DNA from: Candidatus Hydrogenedentota bacterium
GTDB taxonomy: Bacteria > Hydrogenedentota > Hydrogenedentia > Hydrogenedentales > SLHB01
NCBI GenBank assembly: GCA_045863335.1
Contig: BTVY01000052.1
Coordinates: forward strand, 1 to 44,045
Direction: 5' to 3'
Length of the DNA stretch: 44,045 nucleotides
The notes beneath the pieces were generated by a model. The model did not search any database. It worked only from the letters and a program-made list of their open reading frames with translations, and was not told the origin of the DNA. Within the stretch, counting starts at the first letter, position 1, and every line of letters starts with the position of its first letter. The position numbers and the translations under genes are program-made. This document shows positions 1-10,831 of this stretch, one piece after another.

Positions 1-85
1 GCTTGGGAAAGCTACCCGAGCCCGAATTGGTGCACAGATTCTTGTGAGGAGCCTCATATATAAACTGTCCACATATAAACCCACA

Positions 86-1348
86 ATGCGGCATTTCCAA
101 TTGTTCACCGTTATGAGTCTCGCGTCGCTCTTGTCGGGCTGCTATTCACTCATGTTTGCCGCGTTCATTTGGGGCGGGATTCTGCTCATGATCCCCGTCA
201 TGATTCTCGCCATACCTGTCGTCCCGATTTATTACGCGGTCGAGGGCCGGCCCGGGAACACCGGCACGCAAACCGTCGCCTTCGCCCCGGATGGCGAATC
301 TCTGGTGGTCGCGTACAAGGACCGAAAGAAAATGCACCTATACCAGGTGCCTTTGGACGGCTCCGCGAGCACGCCATTGACCGAAGGCGATCGGTTCGAC
401 TTCGACCCGGCCTTCGCGCCCGGCGGCCGGTCCATCGTCTTCGCATCGCGCGTGGACAAGAAACAGTCGAACCTGTTCACCCTGGACCTGGCAACGAAAT
501 CGATCGCGCCCCTCACCTCCGGCGCGGTCGAGGATTGGGCGCCGCGGTTCTCCCCGAGCGGCGATGCCATCGTCTTCACCCGCCGGGACAGCAATACGAT
601 GGCTCATATCTGCCTTGTGAATGTCCCGGGCGGAGAGGTCCAGACTCTCACATCCGGCAACGAGTCTTACGACGTGGGTCCGGCCTTTCTTCCCGACGGC
701 AACACGGTGCTTTTCGCGCGCCTGAACGAAAAACCGGAATGGGGTCCCGACCACGACGCGGAATGGGACCGGAGAAGCCTCTATACGATTACCCGCACCG
801 GCGCCGATCTCACGCAGATCGCCGAAGCGCGCGAGGTCCAGGAGCATTGGGCGAAACGGGTGGCTGAAGAACGGCCCGTGGCCACGAGCTACGCCGGCAA
901 CCTGTTGCTCTGCGACCCGGACGCCGTTGATGTACTGCGCACTGGCGGCGTGGGCGAGATCGCTCTCGGCGCCTGGGTGGAAGAATTGGGCGCCTACACG
1001 AGCTGCGTGTTTTCTCCGGACGGGCAACGCGTCGCCTTCGCGGCCTGCAAGCGCAACGACGAGGAAGAAACCGTGTACACCTTGCGCGCCGCGGTCACGA
1101 CGGCCGAACGCACCGAAGCCATCGCCGAAATGCCGTGTCAGATCCGCGATCCGGTTTTCTCCCCCGACGGCGCCCGTTTGGTGTTTCGCGTGTTCGAGGA
1201 GCCCTATATGGAACGGGACCACTACGCGTTGTGGACGGTTCGATTCGACGGGACGGATCTACGCCGCCTTCCCGTCAGCGAGTACGATCGGAAGCAGATC
1301 GAGAAAGAAAGGCAAAACGCGGGGAGCGCGGCCAAGGACGCGGCGTGA
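86..1348 (+). CDS. TolB-like PD40/WD40 beta-propeller protein, possible lipoprotein
   Basis: Repeated 'P.FSPDG..IVF' PD40 motifs (DPAFAPGGRSIVF, APRFSPSGDAIVF, DPVFSPDGARLVF). N-terminal LLSGC lipobox-like motif followed by a hydrophobic segment. Start moved to ATG 86 (ORF track begins at 44). Confidence 0.8.
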   Translation: MRHFQLFTVMSLASLLSGCYSLMFAAFIWGGILLMIPVMILAIPVVPIYYAVEGRPGNTGTQTVAFAPDGESLVVAYKDRKKMHLYQVPLDGSASTPLTEGDRFDFDPAFAPGGRSIVFASRVDKKQSNLFTLDLATKSIAPLTSGAVEDWAPRFSPSGDAIVFTRRDSNTMAHICLVNVPGGEVQTLTSGNESYDVGPAFLPDGNTVLFARLNEKPEWGPDHDAEWDRRSLYTITRTGADLTQIAEAREVQEHWAKRVAEERPVATSYAGNLLLCDPDAVDVLRTGGVGEIALGAWVEELGAYTSCVFSPDGQRVAFAACKRNDEEETVYTLRAAVTTAERTEAIAEMPCQIRDPVFSPDGARLVFRVFEEPYMERDHYALWTVRFDGTDLRRLPVSEYDRKQIEKERQNAGSAAKDAA

Positions 1349-1402
1349 CAAAGTCCGCCGCAGCAATGAGGAATCCCGGGGGCGGACAGTAGAATCCGTC
1401 AG

Positions 1403-3685
1403 TTACTCTCCGTCTTCCGCGTCCACGGGTGCTTCGCCCTCCTCTTCTTCGGGTTGAAGGGCTTGGCACAGCATCATGGGCGCGAGGACGACGTCGCTGC
1501 TGAATCCGACATACCACAACTGGAGCGCGCCGTCTTCGTTCGCGGATAAGGCCAGGTTTCCGTCTCCGTTAAGCGCGATGGGTGCCCGGCCGGCGAAAGT
1601 GTGCAGGCAGCGGTTTGCGGCCATCTGCCAGAGGCGCATCTTGTTCCCGCGCACAGCAGAGAGGGCGAAAGCGCCGCGTTTACCCATGGCGATGGACGTG
1701 ACTGGCTCGCTATGGGCGTTGCGCCGGCCCATCTTCTGGGCCGCAACGATGTCATAGAGTTCGATGCACCCGTCCGCGGTACCGGCCAGCAGATACCGGC
1801 GATGGTCGCTCACGTCCATCGACAGGAACGGCGCGGGATACCCGGCTTCGAGGTGCAGGCAGCGGCCGGTGCGAAGTTCCCATTGGCACAAGGTTCCGTC
1901 TTGCCCGGCCGAGAAGAACGATTGACCGGACACCCCGGGGCAGATTGCATTGACCGGACCATCGTGCCCCGCAAAGGTGGTGTGATGCTTTCCCGTGGCG
2001 AGGTTCCACAAGCCGATGGTCCCGTCGGCGCTGGCCGTCAGGAGCCCCTGTCCGTCGTCCGTGAATTGGACTGCGGTAACGGCGTTGGTGTGACCCTTGA
2101 GGGCTCTGACGCATTCGCCCGTCGCCAAGTTCCAGACCCGGGCGGTTCGATCGAGCGATCCACTGACGACATGCAAGCCGTCCGCCGCCATCGCGAGTGA
2201 GGAGACGGCGGCGGCATGGCCTTCGAAGACCTGCACGCGGTCGCCGGTTTCCACCCGCCAGACGGAAATGGGTCCGCCCTGTTTCGGCGTATCGGCCGAC
2301 AGGGCGAGTTGAGCGTCCCAGCTCAGGCATACGGCGGCAATGTCACCTTCGTGGTCTCCAAATGTCTTAAGCGAACGGCGCGTTTCGTCCAGCCTTCGCT
2401 CGGCTTCGTCCGCAGCCGTGCGCACTTCGTGGCCGTCGATACGTTTGGCGGTGAGTCTGCCGAGCAGTTCTTTTGCTGTGGCGTAGTCGCCCCGCTCCAT
2501 CTGAACCTGGGCGAGCATGTACACCGCAGTCCACGATTTGGGGTTTTTGCGCCACAGGCGCTTCACGGTCCGCACCACCGATTTGTCCGTCGTCGAACCG
2601 ATGCGCCAGGCGTGCACCATATAGTTGTAGGTCGTTTCCAAATGGCCCGGTTCGATACGCAGGGCCCGTTCCCAGGTCTGCTGGGCTTCCGCCTTCTTGC
2701 CCAGGTCGAGCAGGGAAATGGCGCGGTTGTTCAGGCGATCGGCGGAGGTCTCCTCCGCTTGCGGCGTATCGCGGAAGTACGGCTCCCGGATCTCATGGGC
2801 GTATGTCGCGAGCAACGACTCGATGACGTCGCCCATGCCAGGAGGGCGGTCGGCGGGATTCTCCTCAAAACACCAGCGCAGCAGATCGACCAGTTTTGGG
2901 GGCATTTCCGGAATGGCGTCGTGTTCGGGGCCCAGTACGAGGTATTGCTCGAGCGCCTGCCCCGCCGATTGGCCCGCCATCCAGGTCACATCGCCGACGA
3001 ACATCTCCAGCACCGAAACAGCCCAGCTCCAGGTGTCGGTCGCGAAGGTCAGTTTGCGGCGATGGGCCTGCTCTGGCGAACAATAGGCTGGGGTCCCCCG
3101 CGATCCGATGCCGCGAGGGGCGCGAACGCCACCCTCCCCTTCGCTGGATGCCAGCGTCATGGCGCGAGACAGACCAAAGTCCGTCACCTTCGCGACGCCG
3201 TCCTTCGTCATCAGCACGTTCAGCGGCTTCACGTCCTGGTGCAGCAAATTCTGCGCGTGGGCGTAGCGCAACCCCCATGCAAACTGCAAGGCCACGTCCA
3301 GCATGCGCTTCAATACCACGTCACCGCGGTACAGCAAACGCTTGTAGATCCAGGTGGTTAACGTGCCGCCGTCGACGTATTCGGCGAACACGTTGGGAAT
3401 CCCATCGATGCGGCGGACGTAATAGCAGCTCGCAATATTGGGATGGAGTCCAAGATTCACCCAGGTCTCGCATTCCTGCTCGAACAGCCTGGCGCCTTTT
3501 TCGCTGGCGATTACTTCCGGCTTTGGCCGTTTTACCGCGAGGTCGAGATCCCAACCCCGGTGATGGACCAAATAGACGTGACCCATCCCGCCCCGGGCAA
3601 TGAGGCGTCGTACCTCATATACACCCAGTAGGATCTGGCCTTCGTGCCACTCCTGTGCCGCAACGGATGCTGTCGGTTTCGCCAT
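1403..3685 (-). CDS. Hanks-type Ser/Thr protein kinase with TPR and C-terminal WD40 repeats
   Basis: GGMGHVY, LAVK, HQDVKPLN, DFG and GTPAYCSPEQ kinase motifs; TPR-like helices; GH...WD/WN repeats. ATG 3685 is preceded by GGGGAG. Confidence 0.9.
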   Translation of the reverse strand: MAKPTASVAAQEWHEGQILLGVYEVRRLIARGGMGHVYLVHHRGWDLDLAVKRPKPEVIASEKGARLFEQECETWVNLGLHPNIASCYYVRRIDGIPNVFAEYVDGGTLTTWIYKRLLYRGDVVLKRMLDVALQFAWGLRYAHAQNLLHQDVKPLNVLMTKDGVAKVTDFGLSRAMTLASSEGEGGVRAPRGIGSRGTPAYCSPEQAHRRKLTFATDTWSWAVSVLEMFVGDVTWMAGQSAGQALEQYLVLGPEHDAIPEMPPKLVDLLRWCFEENPADRPPGMGDVIESLLATYAHEIREPYFRDTPQAEETSADRLNNRAISLLDLGKKAEAQQTWERALRIEPGHLETTYNYMVHAWRIGSTTDKSVVRTVKRLWRKNPKSWTAVYMLAQVQMERGDYATAKELLGRLTAKRIDGHEVRTAADEAERRLDETRRSLKTFGDHEGDIAAVCLSWDAQLALSADTPKQGGPISVWRVETGDRVQVFEGHAAAVSSLAMAADGLHVVSGSLDRTARVWNLATGECVRALKGHTNAVTAVQFTDDGQGLLTASADGTIGLWNLATGKHHTTFAGHDGPVNAICPGVSGQSFFSAGQDGTLCQWELRTGRCLHLEAGYPAPFLSMDVSDHRRYLLAGTADGCIELYDIVAAQKMGRRNAHSEPVTSIAMGKRGAFALSAVRGNKMRLWQMAANRCLHTFAGRAPIALNGDGNLALSANEDGALQLWYVGFSSDVVLAPMMLCQALQPEEEEGEAPVDAEDGE

Positions 3686-3874
3686 GCACTCCCCAGCAGG
3701 GCATTCACCCCGATCCCCGTTTTCCAAAACGCGCCGCTCGGAGAGAACATCGTACCACAGCTTGCAAAGCAACAACATTCGAGATCCGAACTCCGGGTCT
3801 GCACGTTCGCGTCGCGGTACTCGGCTCGTCGTCTGCCTGGCCTATTGCCGGTTCGCTACGTTCCTACCCATAGC

Positions 3875-3904
3875 GCCTCCTCGAAGTGCGCACTTCGAGG
3901 AGGC
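3875..3904. repeat. Perfect 30-bp palindrome (hairpin; possible terminator or binding site)
   Basis: GCCTCCTCGAAGTGC|GCACTTCGAGGAGGC is self-complementary over all 30 bp; intergenic. Confidence 0.75.
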
Positions 3905-4179
3905 CGTCGACGATGAAAGTCACATGACTCGACCCTCGCCGCGAATCCGGTAAAATCGTTGAAGCCATCGAACGCTATGAAGCGGTAATCCTGGGAAAGC
4001 GCGGCAAGAAGACGGGATGCGGCGGAATCACGGACCTGGGTGACATCGTCATCAACTACATGGGCAAAAGCCACTGATAACCGCGATTGGTCTCTCTGGC
4101 GCGCCCGTGACGAACCTTCGCAAAGACCTTTGTGATACCACCTTGCCTTCTTCATCCATACACTTTCCCCGGCGAGTTT

Positions 4180-6039
4180 TCACCTCGGCCAAATCGTCAG
4201 CGCTTCCTCGCCTCCTCCGGGCAATTCAAACGGTCCTGGATACGGATTCTCCGCGTCACGCGGATTGCCAAAGTAGTCGGTGTCGAGCCGGATGGGAGCG
4301 CCGTCCGGCAGCTCGTAGGGCACGCCGGGGATCTTGGCGCGGCCGAGCAACTCGCTCGTCACGAGGGGGCGCACGTTCGCTGTACCCCACGCGTTGTCAA
4401 AGATGAAGTGGAGGTTCAGCGATGGTCCCGCTGACTTTAGATCGAGTTTGGGATCGAAATCTGGCAACACGATTGGAGCAACTTCCCGCTTCGACGGCGC
4501 TGCGCCCATGAGGAAGACGTTGCCGGCCATGAACGTGGGCGTGGCGACTTCGTCGTAGCCCGCGAGGCCGTCGCGGCTGACGAAGAGGTTGTTGTAGAAG
4601 CGATCGTCGCCGCCCTGAATGTTGATGAGTCCGGCGACTTCCGTGGAATGCGCGGGATGGTATGGTGTCTCGCGGCTCGATTCGGGACGCAGCACGATTC
4701 GGCCTGCGATGAGGTTGTGCGCGTAGGCGCCGCCTTCGGACATGTTCAGCAGAGCCGTGTCCGACAACATGAGATTGTGGTCCACGAGGAAGGGCCCGTG
4801 ATTGACTTCGACGAAGAGATCTTCGCCGATGTTTTCATAGAGCACGTTGCGGGTGACGCGCGAGCCCTGGTTCATCCAGTCCAGCCAGATGCCGCGGATG
4901 GTACGGTAGATGCGGTTGTCGCTGATCTCCGTGTCGATGGCGGCGTGAATCTTGATGCCCGCCATCTCCGCGCCGGTGAAGAGGCGCTGCACATGAATGT
5001 CGTGAATCGTGTTGCCGGTGATGGTGCTGAAGATCGCGCCGAGGCTGCCCACCACGCCCGCCTGTTCGCAATGAGAGATGGTGTTGTTGCGCACGACGTG
5101 GTGGCCGATATTCTCGCCGGACCAACCGTTTGTGAGGGCGCGTTCGATGGTGAGCACATAGCCTTCCGCCGTGTCGGCCGAGGTGTTGTCGAATTCGTCG
5201 CCGTACTTGCCGAGGGCAACGCCGACGCAGCGCGAATGGCTGATGACGCAGTCCTCGATGATCCATCCCTTGCTCCAGTGCGTGCCGATGAGGCCGATCT
5301 GTTCCGCGGTCGGAGGCGCCCATTGCGTGGCCGCGTGTCGCATGGTGAACCCGCGTACCGTGAGATGGTTCACGCCGGGTTGTTCCGGATAGAAGACCGC
5401 GCGGCGCACATTGACTTCAACGAGAGCCTGATTTGGATCGGCACCGGGGAACCGCGCCCAGATCGTGGTGTTGCTAGCATCCACCTCGGCAAACCATTGA
5501 GGCGCGCTGCCGGCTGGGTCTAGCACCTCGTCCCGCGTCGCGGCTTCGAGCAGCCATTCTCCATCCAAGTATACGGCGCCCGTGTGGTGCGGACGATCCT
5601 TCGGATTAAACCAGTCGCCGTGAATGGGATCCGCGAAGGGGTTGTAGTCCCCGAAGAACGTGTTGGGCAAAGTGACCGTCCACACATCGCCGTCGAGTTG
5701 CTTCCAGCCGGTCACGACTTCGGACCCTTTGATCTCGACATGCTCGCCCGCTGCGGCTTGATAGACGATGCGTTTTGCGTCCGACTCTCCGCCCCGCGGC
5801 GGCTTGATCCATTCGCGATAGACGCCCGCGTGGACGGTGATGATGTCTCCCGGCTGCGCCTTCTCCGCTGCCGCCGAGATCGTACGCAACGGCTGCGCCG
5901 CGGTACCGTCGTTGGCGTCATCGCCCTTGATGGAAACGTGATACTCCATGCCCCCACCCGCCGCAGCTTGCGCAAAGACGGCGCTTCCACATGCGGTTCC
6001 CATCACCATTGCAAGAACGAGTGCACGTATGGTTCCCAT
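4180..6039 (-). CDS. Secreted right-handed beta-helix glycoside hydrolase, GH120 beta-xylosidase-like
   Basis: Signal peptide (AVFA-Q). N-terminus EYHVS..GDD.NDGT...PLRTIS.AA..AQPGD.ITVHAGVYREW. Motifs WAPPTAEQ.G.IG.HWSKGW, GAEMAGIKIHAAID and FVEVNHGP are typical of GH120. Confidence 0.8.
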   Translation of the reverse strand: MGTIRALVLAMVMGTACGSAVFAQAAAGGGMEYHVSIKGDDANDGTAAQPLRTISAAAEKAQPGDIITVHAGVYREWIKPPRGGESDAKRIVYQAAAGEHVEIKGSEVVTGWKQLDGDVWTVTLPNTFFGDYNPFADPIHGDWFNPKDRPHHTGAVYLDGEWLLEAATRDEVLDPAGSAPQWFAEVDASNTTIWARFPGADPNQALVEVNVRRAVFYPEQPGVNHLTVRGFTMRHAATQWAPPTAEQIGLIGTHWSKGWIIEDCVISHSRCVGVALGKYGDEFDNTSADTAEGYVLTIERALTNGWSGENIGHHVVRNNTISHCEQAGVVGSLGAIFSTITGNTIHDIHVQRLFTGAEMAGIKIHAAIDTEISDNRIYRTIRGIWLDWMNQGSRVTRNVLYENIGEDLFVEVNHGPFLVDHNLMLSDTALLNMSEGGAYAHNLIAGRIVLRPESSRETPYHPAHSTEVAGLINIQGGDDRFYNNLFVSRDGLAGYDEVATPTFMAGNVFLMGAAPSKREVAPIVLPDFDPKLDLKSAGPSLNLHFIFDNAWGTANVRPLVTSELLGRAKIPGVPYELPDGAPIRLDTDYFGNPRDAENPYPGPFELPGGGEEALTIWPR

Positions 6040-6202
6040 GATGCTAACTCCCCCGTTTCGCGCCACGGCCTACGCGCGACGCAATCAGGCTACCGATTTG
6101 GCACGGTCACCGCAATGGTAAAGCGCAGGCAAGTGGGATCTCTCCAACGTCGGGCTCGCCGGAGGGCGGATTGGAAAACCCGCCCTCCTTGCGTGGCCCA
6201 TG

Positions 6203-8650
6203 CTACTCGCCGCTCTTGCGACTGCTGCGTCCATTTACCGTCAAAAGATCGCCGAGACCGGTCAGTAACTTTCCCAGCTTTTCCGCGGTCTCGCCGTCTG
6301 GAATGGGAATCCGCAGTTCCGGCGCGCCGGTCTTTTCGTTGCGCGCGATGGCAGCGGATACAGCAGTACCTGACTTTTCGCCTGAGGACGATTGCACGAC
6401 CTGGCTGAGTTTGGCCAGGAGATCGAGACCGGTCGCGATGAGATCGTTCCAGCGGTCCTGCTGCGAAGCAACGCTGGCAGCTTCTCCGCGCTCGGACTCG
6501 GCCGGGACAGTCTCGTCGTTCGCTGGATCAACGGACGCCTCCGATTGCGGAGCGACATCGGGAATCGAGTCGGTAACTTTCTCGACACGTTCCATGAACT
6601 GCTTCATCTTGGTGCCGCCAAGGAAAATTTCCCGTTCGCCGCCGTCCAGCACCCCCGCCGACAACGACGATTTGAACTTGAGCACTCCGAGCATGCCGTC
6701 TTCGATCGTGCCTCGCGATACGAAGTGATAGACCTGGACGTGCCGGTGCTGACCGAGCCGGTGCACGCGACCGATACGTTGTTCCAACACAGCGGGGTTC
6801 CACGGTTGATCCATATTGACGACGATGGAGGCCTGTTGGAGGTTCAGGCCGACTCCCCCGGAATCGGTGCAGAGCAGGATGCGGCATTTGCCGTTGCGCT
6901 TGAAGTCCTCGATGGCCTTCTTTCGCCCTTTGGAATCCAACGACCCGTGGTAATAGGCGTACGGCCACCCTGCCGCGTCGAAGCGGCGGGTCAGCAATTC
7001 GTGCGTACCGAGCCATTGACTGAAAACGACCACTTTATTTTCCGGGTCGGACAACAGGTCGTCCAAGAGCAAGGAGCATTCGTCGATCTTCGGTCCCTCG
7101 TCCGTGACCTTGTCCACGAGGTACGTGCTGTTGCACGCCATACGCATGTACTGCATGGCAACCATGAGACGGCGTTGATCCTGATCGGACAGGAACCCCC
7201 GCCGGCGCCACTTCGCGACGATCTTGGCCACGATCTCGCGGTTCTCTTCGTGTATCGCCTGCTGACTGGCCGTCATATCCACGAAGAGGTGCTTGTCGGA
7301 CCTCGGGGGAAGTTGCTGCAGGACATCTCGCTTGTGGCGGCGCAAGAGCACTGGAGCGAGGTTCTCCCCAATCCGGTCCAGGTTGCGATACCCGATTACT
7401 TTTCCCTGTTCGTCAACATGCTGATGGTCCGCGAGGAACCGGTATAGCGGTCCAAGATGATACCGGTCGACGAATTCCACGATGGAATGCAATTCCGAGA
7501 GCCGATTCTCCAGCGGGGTGCCGGTCAGCACGATGGCGTAGGGGCTGTCGATGGCTTTGACGCTCTTGGCCCGGCGCGTTTCCCAATTCTTGATGCGTTG
7601 CGCCTCGTCCAGGATCACCAGATCGGGCCGCCAACCATTGATTAAATCAAGATCGCGATGGACGGTTTCGTAATTGACGATCTTGTAAAACGAGTCTTCC
7701 GCATACAACTGGGCACGAGCCGGTCTCAAACCTTCGACGACGAGGGCGGTACGATCGGTGAACTTCTCCACCTCTTGTTTCCATTGCCACTTCAGAGCGG
7801 CCGGGCAAACCACAAGCACCTGCTGAGTCCCAGAGACGCGGGCCAAAACTTCTGCCGCCGCGATCGCCTGGACGGTCTTTCCCAATCCCATGTCATCCGC
7901 GATAAGGCAGCGTCCGGCCTTGGCCGCAAACAAGACGCCTTCCTTTTGGTATGGGTAAAGCCGCGTCTTGACGAGCTTGTTCAGGGCCGCGGAACTGCCT
8001 CTGCCCTCGAAGGTCTTCTCCACGGCGCGCCTGCGGACTGCGTCGTCGCGGCGTTGCGCGACGAATTCGAGCGCATCGTCATAGAACCGGATATCCGCTT
8101 CAGACTCCCGGGCTTTACGCACAAATTCCGGAAAACCTTCATAGGCGTCATCACGGAGGATCCCGGCCTCGTCGAAGTACCGCTTCACGAGTCTCGTCCA
8201 TTCCGCGGGCAACGAGACCCCTGGCCGGAAACGCACCCGGCGGCGCGCACCGTACTCCAGATAGATCTCGGAGTAGTCAGGCTGAAAGGTGCGCGCAAAG
8301 GCCTTGCGTGCGCCTTGCTTGCGTTTCAATTTCGCCAGTAGCCACTCGACGTGTTTGCAGGTGCCAAGGGCATTTACCGCGAAATCGGGACAGGAACAGT
8401 AATTGGCGCCCAGTTCGTCGCTCCGGATCGCGACCCGGTACGTTCGTCCACTCGCTGGATTGGTCACTGCGAAGTCGGAGTACACGGGGTCTTTACCCAA
8501 ATTCTTCGCGCGAAACGGTTGCTCTTGCCCGAATTCGCGGCGTAGGGCGATCTGCCATTCTTCGAGAGACAGGTGGTCGGGCTTGCGCGTCCGTGGCGTC
8601 TTCTTGGGCTTCACTTTGACGTTCCGTCTTGCGCGTGTAGTATTTGCCAT
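6203..8650 (-). CDS. SWIM zinc finger + SNF2-family helicase/ATPase
   Basis: CSCPDF..N.LGTCKH (SWIM); ADDMGLGKT, LDEAQRIKN, LTGTPLEN, GGVGLNLQ, PWNP..LEQRIGRVHRLGQ. Confidence 0.92.
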   Translation of the reverse strand: MANTTRARRNVKVKPKKTPRTRKPDHLSLEEWQIALRREFGQEQPFRAKNLGKDPVYSDFAVTNPASGRTYRVAIRSDELGANYCSCPDFAVNALGTCKHVEWLLAKLKRKQGARKAFARTFQPDYSEIYLEYGARRRVRFRPGVSLPAEWTRLVKRYFDEAGILRDDAYEGFPEFVRKARESEADIRFYDDALEFVAQRRDDAVRRRAVEKTFEGRGSSAALNKLVKTRLYPYQKEGVLFAAKAGRCLIADDMGLGKTVQAIAAAEVLARVSGTQQVLVVCPAALKWQWKQEVEKFTDRTALVVEGLRPARAQLYAEDSFYKIVNYETVHRDLDLINGWRPDLVILDEAQRIKNWETRRAKSVKAIDSPYAIVLTGTPLENRLSELHSIVEFVDRYHLGPLYRFLADHQHVDEQGKVIGYRNLDRIGENLAPVLLRRHKRDVLQQLPPRSDKHLFVDMTASQQAIHEENREIVAKIVAKWRRRGFLSDQDQRRLMVAMQYMRMACNSTYLVDKVTDEGPKIDECSLLLDDLLSDPENKVVVFSQWLGTHELLTRRFDAAGWPYAYYHGSLDSKGRKKAIEDFKRNGKCRILLCTDSGGVGLNLQQASIVVNMDQPWNPAVLEQRIGRVHRLGQHRHVQVYHFVSRGTIEDGMLGVLKFKSSLSAGVLDGGEREIFLGGTKMKQFMERVEKVTDSIPDVAPQSEASVDPANDETVPAESERGEAASVASQQDRWNDLIATGLDLLAKLSQVVQSSSGEKSGTAVSAAIARNEKTGAPELRIPIPDGETAEKLGKLLTGLGDLLTVNGRSSRKSGE

Positions 8651-8879
8651 GGATATGGATGATTTCCCAGAATTCTTTGCGGTTTCCTTCAACCCGCTCA
8701 TGAGAAGCAGGTAACGGGATTGTACATACTATGCCCCTTCCCCTCCAAAGCGAGAGGCCGTTCTTTACCCGGCAGAAGATTCGCCAATAAGCCGAGCATG
8801 CTTTGCCTCGCTCGGACAATCGCGTATCATGACGGCCTGCAGATTGGAATTATGATTGCGAGAAGTTAGGAGGTCTCAG

Positions 8880-10208
8880 ATGTCCTACTCGATCACGAGA
8901 CGCGATTTCATCAAGTCCGCTACGCTCGGCGTGACCGTGGCTGCGGCGGGTCCGGCGATTGCGCAGCCGGGGTCCGCGAACGAACGGCTCGACGTGGCCA
9001 TCGTCGGCGTGGGCGGTCAGGGCGCCTACAGCTACGACAACCTGCGCAAAGAGAATATCGTCGCCATCGCCGACGTGGACGCCGAACGCGCGGGAAAACC
9101 GTTTGCGGAGATTGACGCGTCGCGTCGCTTCACCGATTTCCGCGTGATGCTGGACAAAGTGCAAAACAATATCGACGCGGTGGTCGTGGCGACGCCGGAC
9201 CACACGCATTTCCATCCCTCGTACATGGCGATGGACCTGGGCAAGCACCTCTACCTCGAGAAGCCCATGGCCCACAACGTATGGGAAGTGCGCACGCTCA
9301 CCGAACTCGCTGCGCGCAAGGGGCTGGCCACGCAACTCGGCATGCAGCGCCACGTGAAGGACAACATGCATCGCGTCACGGAACTGATCCAGGCGGGTGC
9401 CATTGGCGACGTGACCGAAGTCCACAGTTGGGTCAGTAGCGAACGCGGCATGGTTCCGCGTCTGGAGGAACCACAGACGGTTCCCGGCACGCTCGACTAC
9501 GACCTCTGGCTCGGCCCGGTGGAGTACAAGCCCTACGATTCCAAGATCACGCCCTACGGTTGGCGGTTCTGGTGGGACTTCGGCACCGGCGAATCCGGGA
9601 ACTGGGGTTGCCACATCTTGGATATTCCGTTCACCGCGCTGGACCTCGACTATCCCACGCACGCGGCAGCGACCGGACCCGAGCCGCATCCCGAGATGAC
9701 GACGCAAGCCATGCACAGTTGGTTCGATTTCCCCGCGAAGGGCGACCGCAAGGCGCTCAAGCTGCACTGGTACCAGGCGAAAGGCGGCCCGTCGGTCTTC
9801 AAGGAACTCGGATTGCCCACGAAAGGCAACAACCTCTTCATCGGCACGAAGGGCATCCTGAGTTGCGGATTCGACGACCGCTATCTCTATCAGAAAGATG
9901 CGAACGGCGAATGGAAACTCGTGCTCACGCACGAAGATTCCATGGACTTCGATGTGCCGCCGCAGACCGTGCCCGATTCTCCGGGATTCCACCAGGAATG
10001 GATCAACGCCTGCAAAGGCGACCCCACGCCCCCGACCTGCAACTTTAGTTGGACCGGCCCGCTCACGGAAACCGTGCTGCTGGCCAACGCCGCCTACCGA
10101 TCGCAGCAGGAGTTCGACTGGGATTCCAAGTCCATGGAGTGCATCGGCGCCCCCGAAGCGCAGGCGCACATCCGGCCCTCGTACAAGCAGGGCTGGGAGA
10201 TCGGGTAG
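8880..10208 (+). CDS. Tat-exported Gfo/Idh/MocA family oxidoreductase
   Basis: TRRDFIK twin-arginine signal; VGVGGQG Rossmann motif; ATPDHTH, EKP and NWGCHILD motifs. AGGAGG upstream of ATG 8880. Confidence 0.92.
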   Translation: MSYSITRRDFIKSATLGVTVAAAGPAIAQPGSANERLDVAIVGVGGQGAYSYDNLRKENIVAIADVDAERAGKPFAEIDASRRFTDFRVMLDKVQNNIDAVVVATPDHTHFHPSYMAMDLGKHLYLEKPMAHNVWEVRTLTELAARKGLATQLGMQRHVKDNMHRVTELIQAGAIGDVTEVHSWVSSERGMVPRLEEPQTVPGTLDYDLWLGPVEYKPYDSKITPYGWRFWWDFGTGESGNWGCHILDIPFTALDLDYPTHAAATGPEPHPEMTTQAMHSWFDFPAKGDRKALKLHWYQAKGGPSVFKELGLPTKGNNLFIGTKGILSCGFDDRYLYQKDANGEWKLVLTHEDSMDFDVPPQTVPDSPGFHQEWINACKGDPTPPTCNFSWTGPLTETVLLANAAYRSQQEFDWDSKSMECIGAPEAQAHIRPSYKQGWEIG

Positions 10209-10219
10209 CCGAAGAGGGA

Positions 10220-10831
10220 CTATTCAGCCACCCGCACGAAATCCAGCCCACGTTCGTGGGTGCCGGGGCGGACGTTTGCGTCGGGGAATTGGCTGAGGCG
10301 GCCGTTTGAGCGGAGGACTAGCGGCAGGAACTGCGAGGAGCGGGTCAGGCTGCTGCTGGCGCCGTACGAGCTGGCCCGGGAGACGCGGGTCTTCTGCGTG
10401 AAGGCGTAGGGGAGAAAACCCTCCGTCGACGTGAGGTGGATCTCGTTGCCTTCAGACTGCCAGGTACCGTTGACGGAATGGTCCTGTGCCTCCTGCGCGC
10501 CTTGCACGGCCGGGTTATCGGGATCGCCGTAGTCGAACAATCCCGAGGTCATGTCCATCCACACGCGCATCGTGAAGGTGCCGTCGGCGCGAAGGTCCAA
10601 TTCGACGCCCTGCTCGCCGGATGCATTCTTTTCGCGCACGGATTCCTGAATGCGGGCGTTCATCTGGTCCGCGTTGGAGAGATTGTCGGGCACAAACCCT
10701 GCGGATACCGGGAGTCCGGATTTCCATTTGCCGACGAAGGCGGGGTTGTGTTCGGCGTCACGTTCGCATCCCGCGACAAGCGAAATGACCACGATCAAAG
10801 AATATAGGCGCGTCGTGATTACTCGGGTCAT
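10220..10831 (-). CDS. Hypothetical lipoprotein (lipocalin-like beta-barrel motifs)
   Basis: MTRV...hydrophobic...LVAGC lipobox; FVGKWK, L.ADGTF and GTWQ..G..I.L motifs. Confidence 0.6.
   Translation of the reverse strand: MTRVITTRLYSLIVVISLVAGCERDAEHNPAFVGKWKSGLPVSAGFVPDNLSNADQMNARIQESVREKNASGEQGVELDLRADGTFTMRVWMDMTSGLFDYGDPDNPAVQGAQEAQDHSVNGTWQSEGNEIHLTSTEGFLPYAFTQKTRVSRASSYGASSSLTRSSQFLPLVLRSNGRLSQFPDANVRPGTHERGLDFVRVAE

Noticed and set aside
2216-3361. 381-aa plus-strand ORF (likewise 6392-7447 and 22221-23174)
   Set aside because: Antisense to well-supported genes, with no recognisable motifs.
6203-8650. SNF2 gene as part of an anti-phage system
   Set aside because: Stand-alone SWIM-SNF2 with no methylase, nuclease or other defence partner adjacent.
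8850-10169. 439-aa minus-strand ORF
   Set aside because: Antisense shadow of the Gfo/Idh/MocA gene.
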